NCBI GenBank assembly: GCA_027604505.1
Contig: JADIIX010000025.1
Coordinates: forward strand, 62,001 to 126,000
Direction of reading: 5' to 3'
DNA length: 64,000 nucleotides
Source: Gonapodya sp. JEL0774
Lineage: Eukaryota
Part shown: positions 61,143 to 64,000 of the stretch, piece by piece
How the letters are laid out: every line of letters begins with the position of its first letter
Position numbering within the stretch: the first letter of the stretch is position 1
Program-made: the position numbers and the translations under genes
Notes under the pieces: model-generated
The model's database searches: none
Told to the model about the DNA's origin: nothing
What the model saw: only the letters and a program-made list of their open reading frames with translations

Positions 61143-63408
61143 ATGCACAATCCCCTATACCCCTCTGTTTCCATCGAAGATGTGCCAAACGTGGCAAAAA
61201 GTACTGTTTCTTCAAGCAGTTCCCTCCCTCACGCATCATTCTCCAACATCAACAGTCCTAGCGAGTCCTTTCAGCAAGCATCTCCTGAACATGCAGCTGA
61301 TACTACCATAACTTTCAGCATTTCGTCCAAACCAAAGTTCCACGCATCGCTTCCCTACTCGAACAGTCATCGTTCCCATGATACCAAATTGGACGTGGAG
61401 CAAGTAGTACAAAATGCTACCCAAATTATTCAAAATGATGACGGTATCGGTCTGGATGAAGTGGATGAATTGGATGCTTTCGAAATAGTCTCTGGTGCAT
61501 CTCTTGAAATCGATCAGTTGGATCCCTCTTCTCGAGATCACAGAGCATACAAAGTCAAAAGGGTAAGATGTGCTATCATTGCGTCTGCTTCAAACTTGCG
61601 TTCCAACTGGCTCGTCCACAAGTGTCTGAATTGCGGAAAGACTTTCGATCGCATGTGGAATTTCAAGTCACATATGCTCGTGTGTACCGTGTTGCTTCTC
61701 TTTGATGTTATCAAACGTTTAATACGTAAGAATGCCTTTGAACCGAAGACTCATAGTGGCGAGAAAAGATTTCCCTGTGACATCTGCAACATGCGCTTTG
61801 CGCGGGCTTACGACCTCAAGAGGCATGGCCGATTTCACACCGATGAAAAGTAGGTTACGTGCTAGTGTGTTAATGCTCTTCAAAACCGATCTGATTCTCT
61901 CATTACCCCCTCCGCGCGACCTAGGCCGTATCAGTGCTCTATGTGTCAGCAGTCGTTCTTCCGATCAGATGCTCTCAAACGACATGAAAAGCAGTGTGGC
62001 CGGAGCTCCCCGGAGCCACCCGCAAAAAGCAAGGAGCATCGCCGCTCTTCTCGTGCTCGAAGAAAAAGTGTATCAAAGACCTCAGCCTCAGCAGCACCGG
62101 TGCAAAGTAACGAACGACCACGATCCAAGTCAGCTTCTGTATTATCCGCAACAACGGAGACAGCTTCGGCATCTCCTTCCGTCTCCGTGGATACCATGCC
62201 AGCTTCAACAATATCAGAGTCTAGCTCTCACGTATTCACCGACGGTTCATCCGCGGCACCCTACAGCGGCCAAGCTGCGACGAATCCTTCCGTACCAGCA
62301 TATGAAGTCTCTACCAGCCTCGCAGCAGCTGCCTCGATTAATGCATCTTCGCAATCCTTCCTTCCCATCAGTCCTTACTTATTTCCATCTCCGCTCGATG
62401 AAAACGGCAATCCGACTGCCTTTCTGGAGGATTCCGAAGCTGCTGCTTCTGCAGCTGCGGTAGCATCCCGATATCTACCTAGTCTGGCAAGAGCGGCAAC
62501 GCTCGCGGCACAAGGGAGGGCGAGCGCCGCGCAAGCAGCGGCTGCCGCCGCCACCTATGCCGCTGCTTACGCACATCTTCTTCCAGCTGAGGTGCAGGTG
62601 AGAGTTTTCTAGTCTTGATTCATCTGATTTTTCGATCTCTTATGCTCGCCGATATCAGGCTGCCTTCGCACAAGCCGCACATTTGGCTCAGGTCCATGCA
62701 GCTCAGCAGGCAGCAGCCGCTGCTGCCGTGTCTCGTGCTTCCAGCTCTTCTGAGTCGGCGCCACTGGACCGAGAGGACACACCAGGCCACCCCACGACTA
62801 ATCCGTGGGCCTCCTTATACCCTAACTACCCTGACTATGGATACGATTTTGGAGACTCGGAAAGAAGCCTTGATGATGGTGGAGAAGCCCGCGGGAGTGC
62901 TGGGGCAGATCTGAGAAACACCGCTGAAGTTCAGAATTATGGAGGATACTCCAAGTATGAGGACTATCAGCCGGCTGTTGGCATCGATGGAGCGTTTGAG
63001 GTGGGGGATGGAGGCGACTACCAGCAGAGCTCGCTATACTCTGAACCCACACATAATTACGATGAAGGCGCACAATCGTCTCCAACCCTAGGCGAGGACG
63101 GGATAGAGCAGTCTGAAGTGACGTATGGAGATCCAGCGGAAAGCTACATTTCCTCTAACGGCAATGTACAAGAGCTTCACAGCGAATTTGTGTCGGATTC
63201 TGGGGCGACCATTGGAGACACTGCTGAATACCACTCTGACTTGCCCAGACTGGACTCCACGTTCTCAGTCTCCAGGACTCTGCCTGCAGCCGTCTTGACA
63301 TCCGTCAGTGATGCTATTGTGGAGACAAATTCGGACGTTGAGCCCGATGCGGCTTTCCGACGCAAGAGGCGAAAGCTGGAGCAAGGGGACACAGAACTTC
63401 GACTTTAA
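61143..63408 (+). CDS. C2H2 zinc-finger transcription factor (three fingers)
   Basis: CLNCGKTFDRMWNFKSHML|THSGEKRFPCDICNMRFARAYDLKRHGRFHTDEK|RPYQCSMCQQSFFRSDALKRHEKQC, followed by an Ala-rich and acidic tail and basic RRKRRK. Confidence 0.9.
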
Positions 63409-64000
63409 CCTCACCTCAGATACTGTAACAAGCTGCGGTGTTGATTTTTTACTCTCTGGTTGGTGGCGAATTATGGTCTGGTGCGCAAACATATGTCCGA
63501 TCTCGTGACTGTTAAGCATAATGCGGTGTTTCTTTTGTTTTGTATCTTATACTGGGACTTACATAATATCTGCATCCTTCGTCTTGAGAGAGTAACTGCA
63601 GTTTGCAAGCATTCAATTATTGTTTCTAGTTATCAACCCGTCCATACCAGGAGGTTTCAGTCTCCGAAACAGGCAATTGCGACCACCATATAGAGATGAG
63701 CAAAGTCTGTAGGCTGTCTTTCGTGAAAAAATTCCACGCTGGTAAATAGTCTATCGGCGGGTGATTGTGAAGAATTGCACATCCGATAACCCACAGCAAG
63801 TTTGATGATAAGCAGCTTCTGGTTCGCAAAATATTCATCCAGTGGCTTCTTCCCCCACTCTACCAAGGATTCAATATTCAGGTCCAATCAGGGTGGCGCG
63901 GTGGTTTCTGGCTCGCTTCGAATAACATCTCATGAGGGATCCGCTTAACGCAAGCATGAAGCCACCACTTTCGGAACCGGCGTTGGCGAACTCGGTCCTT

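Noticed and set aside
63657..64000. Short minus-strand ORFs at the window end
   Set aside because: No motif or convincing splice structure; cannot be supported without flanking sequence.
1..64000. Selenoprotein (in-frame UGA/SECIS), tRNA, rRNA, CRISPR or transposase
   Set aside because: Apparent in-frame stops resolved as introns or pseudogene lesions, and I recognised no such elements by eye; dedicated scans were not run.

Overview
Gene-dense, intron-rich eukaryotic genomic DNA with short GT-AG introns (mostly 45-100 nt) and fungal-type genes. It is most consistent with an early-diverging zoosporic fungus; a Gonapodya/Monoblepharidomycete-like source is inferred from gene style only. I reconstructed about 26 genes or gene fragments by joining exons by hand. 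Recognisable genes are RPS7, a YqjM-type Old Yellow Enzyme, a Nudix CoA diphosphatase, CIA1, dynamitin, a GDSL/SGNH esterase, SEC11, phosphoglycerate dehydrogenase, mitochondrial uS11, an ArAE/FUSC membrane protein, an SDR, FUN14, a MIC12-like protein, a sterol desaturase-family enzyme, a C2H2 transcription factor and several single-pass surface proteins. The standout is a ~5 kb minus-strand gene (5551-10623). It joins a signal peptide and a ~570-aa DD3-3-type extracellular domain, through one TM helix and in frame, to a complete NADPH oxidase. This is a Duox-like topology with a different ectodomain and no EF-hands. Other points are a probable 3-nt microexon, a micro-exon-rich FUN14 gene that the ORF track misses, an orphan acyl-CoA synthetase 3' fragment, a three-copy unknown protein family, a PRAS40/Lobe-like candidate and an intragenic 63-bp duplication. 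I recognised no rRNA, tRNA, CRISPR array or transposase. All family assignments come from recalled motifs, not database searches.
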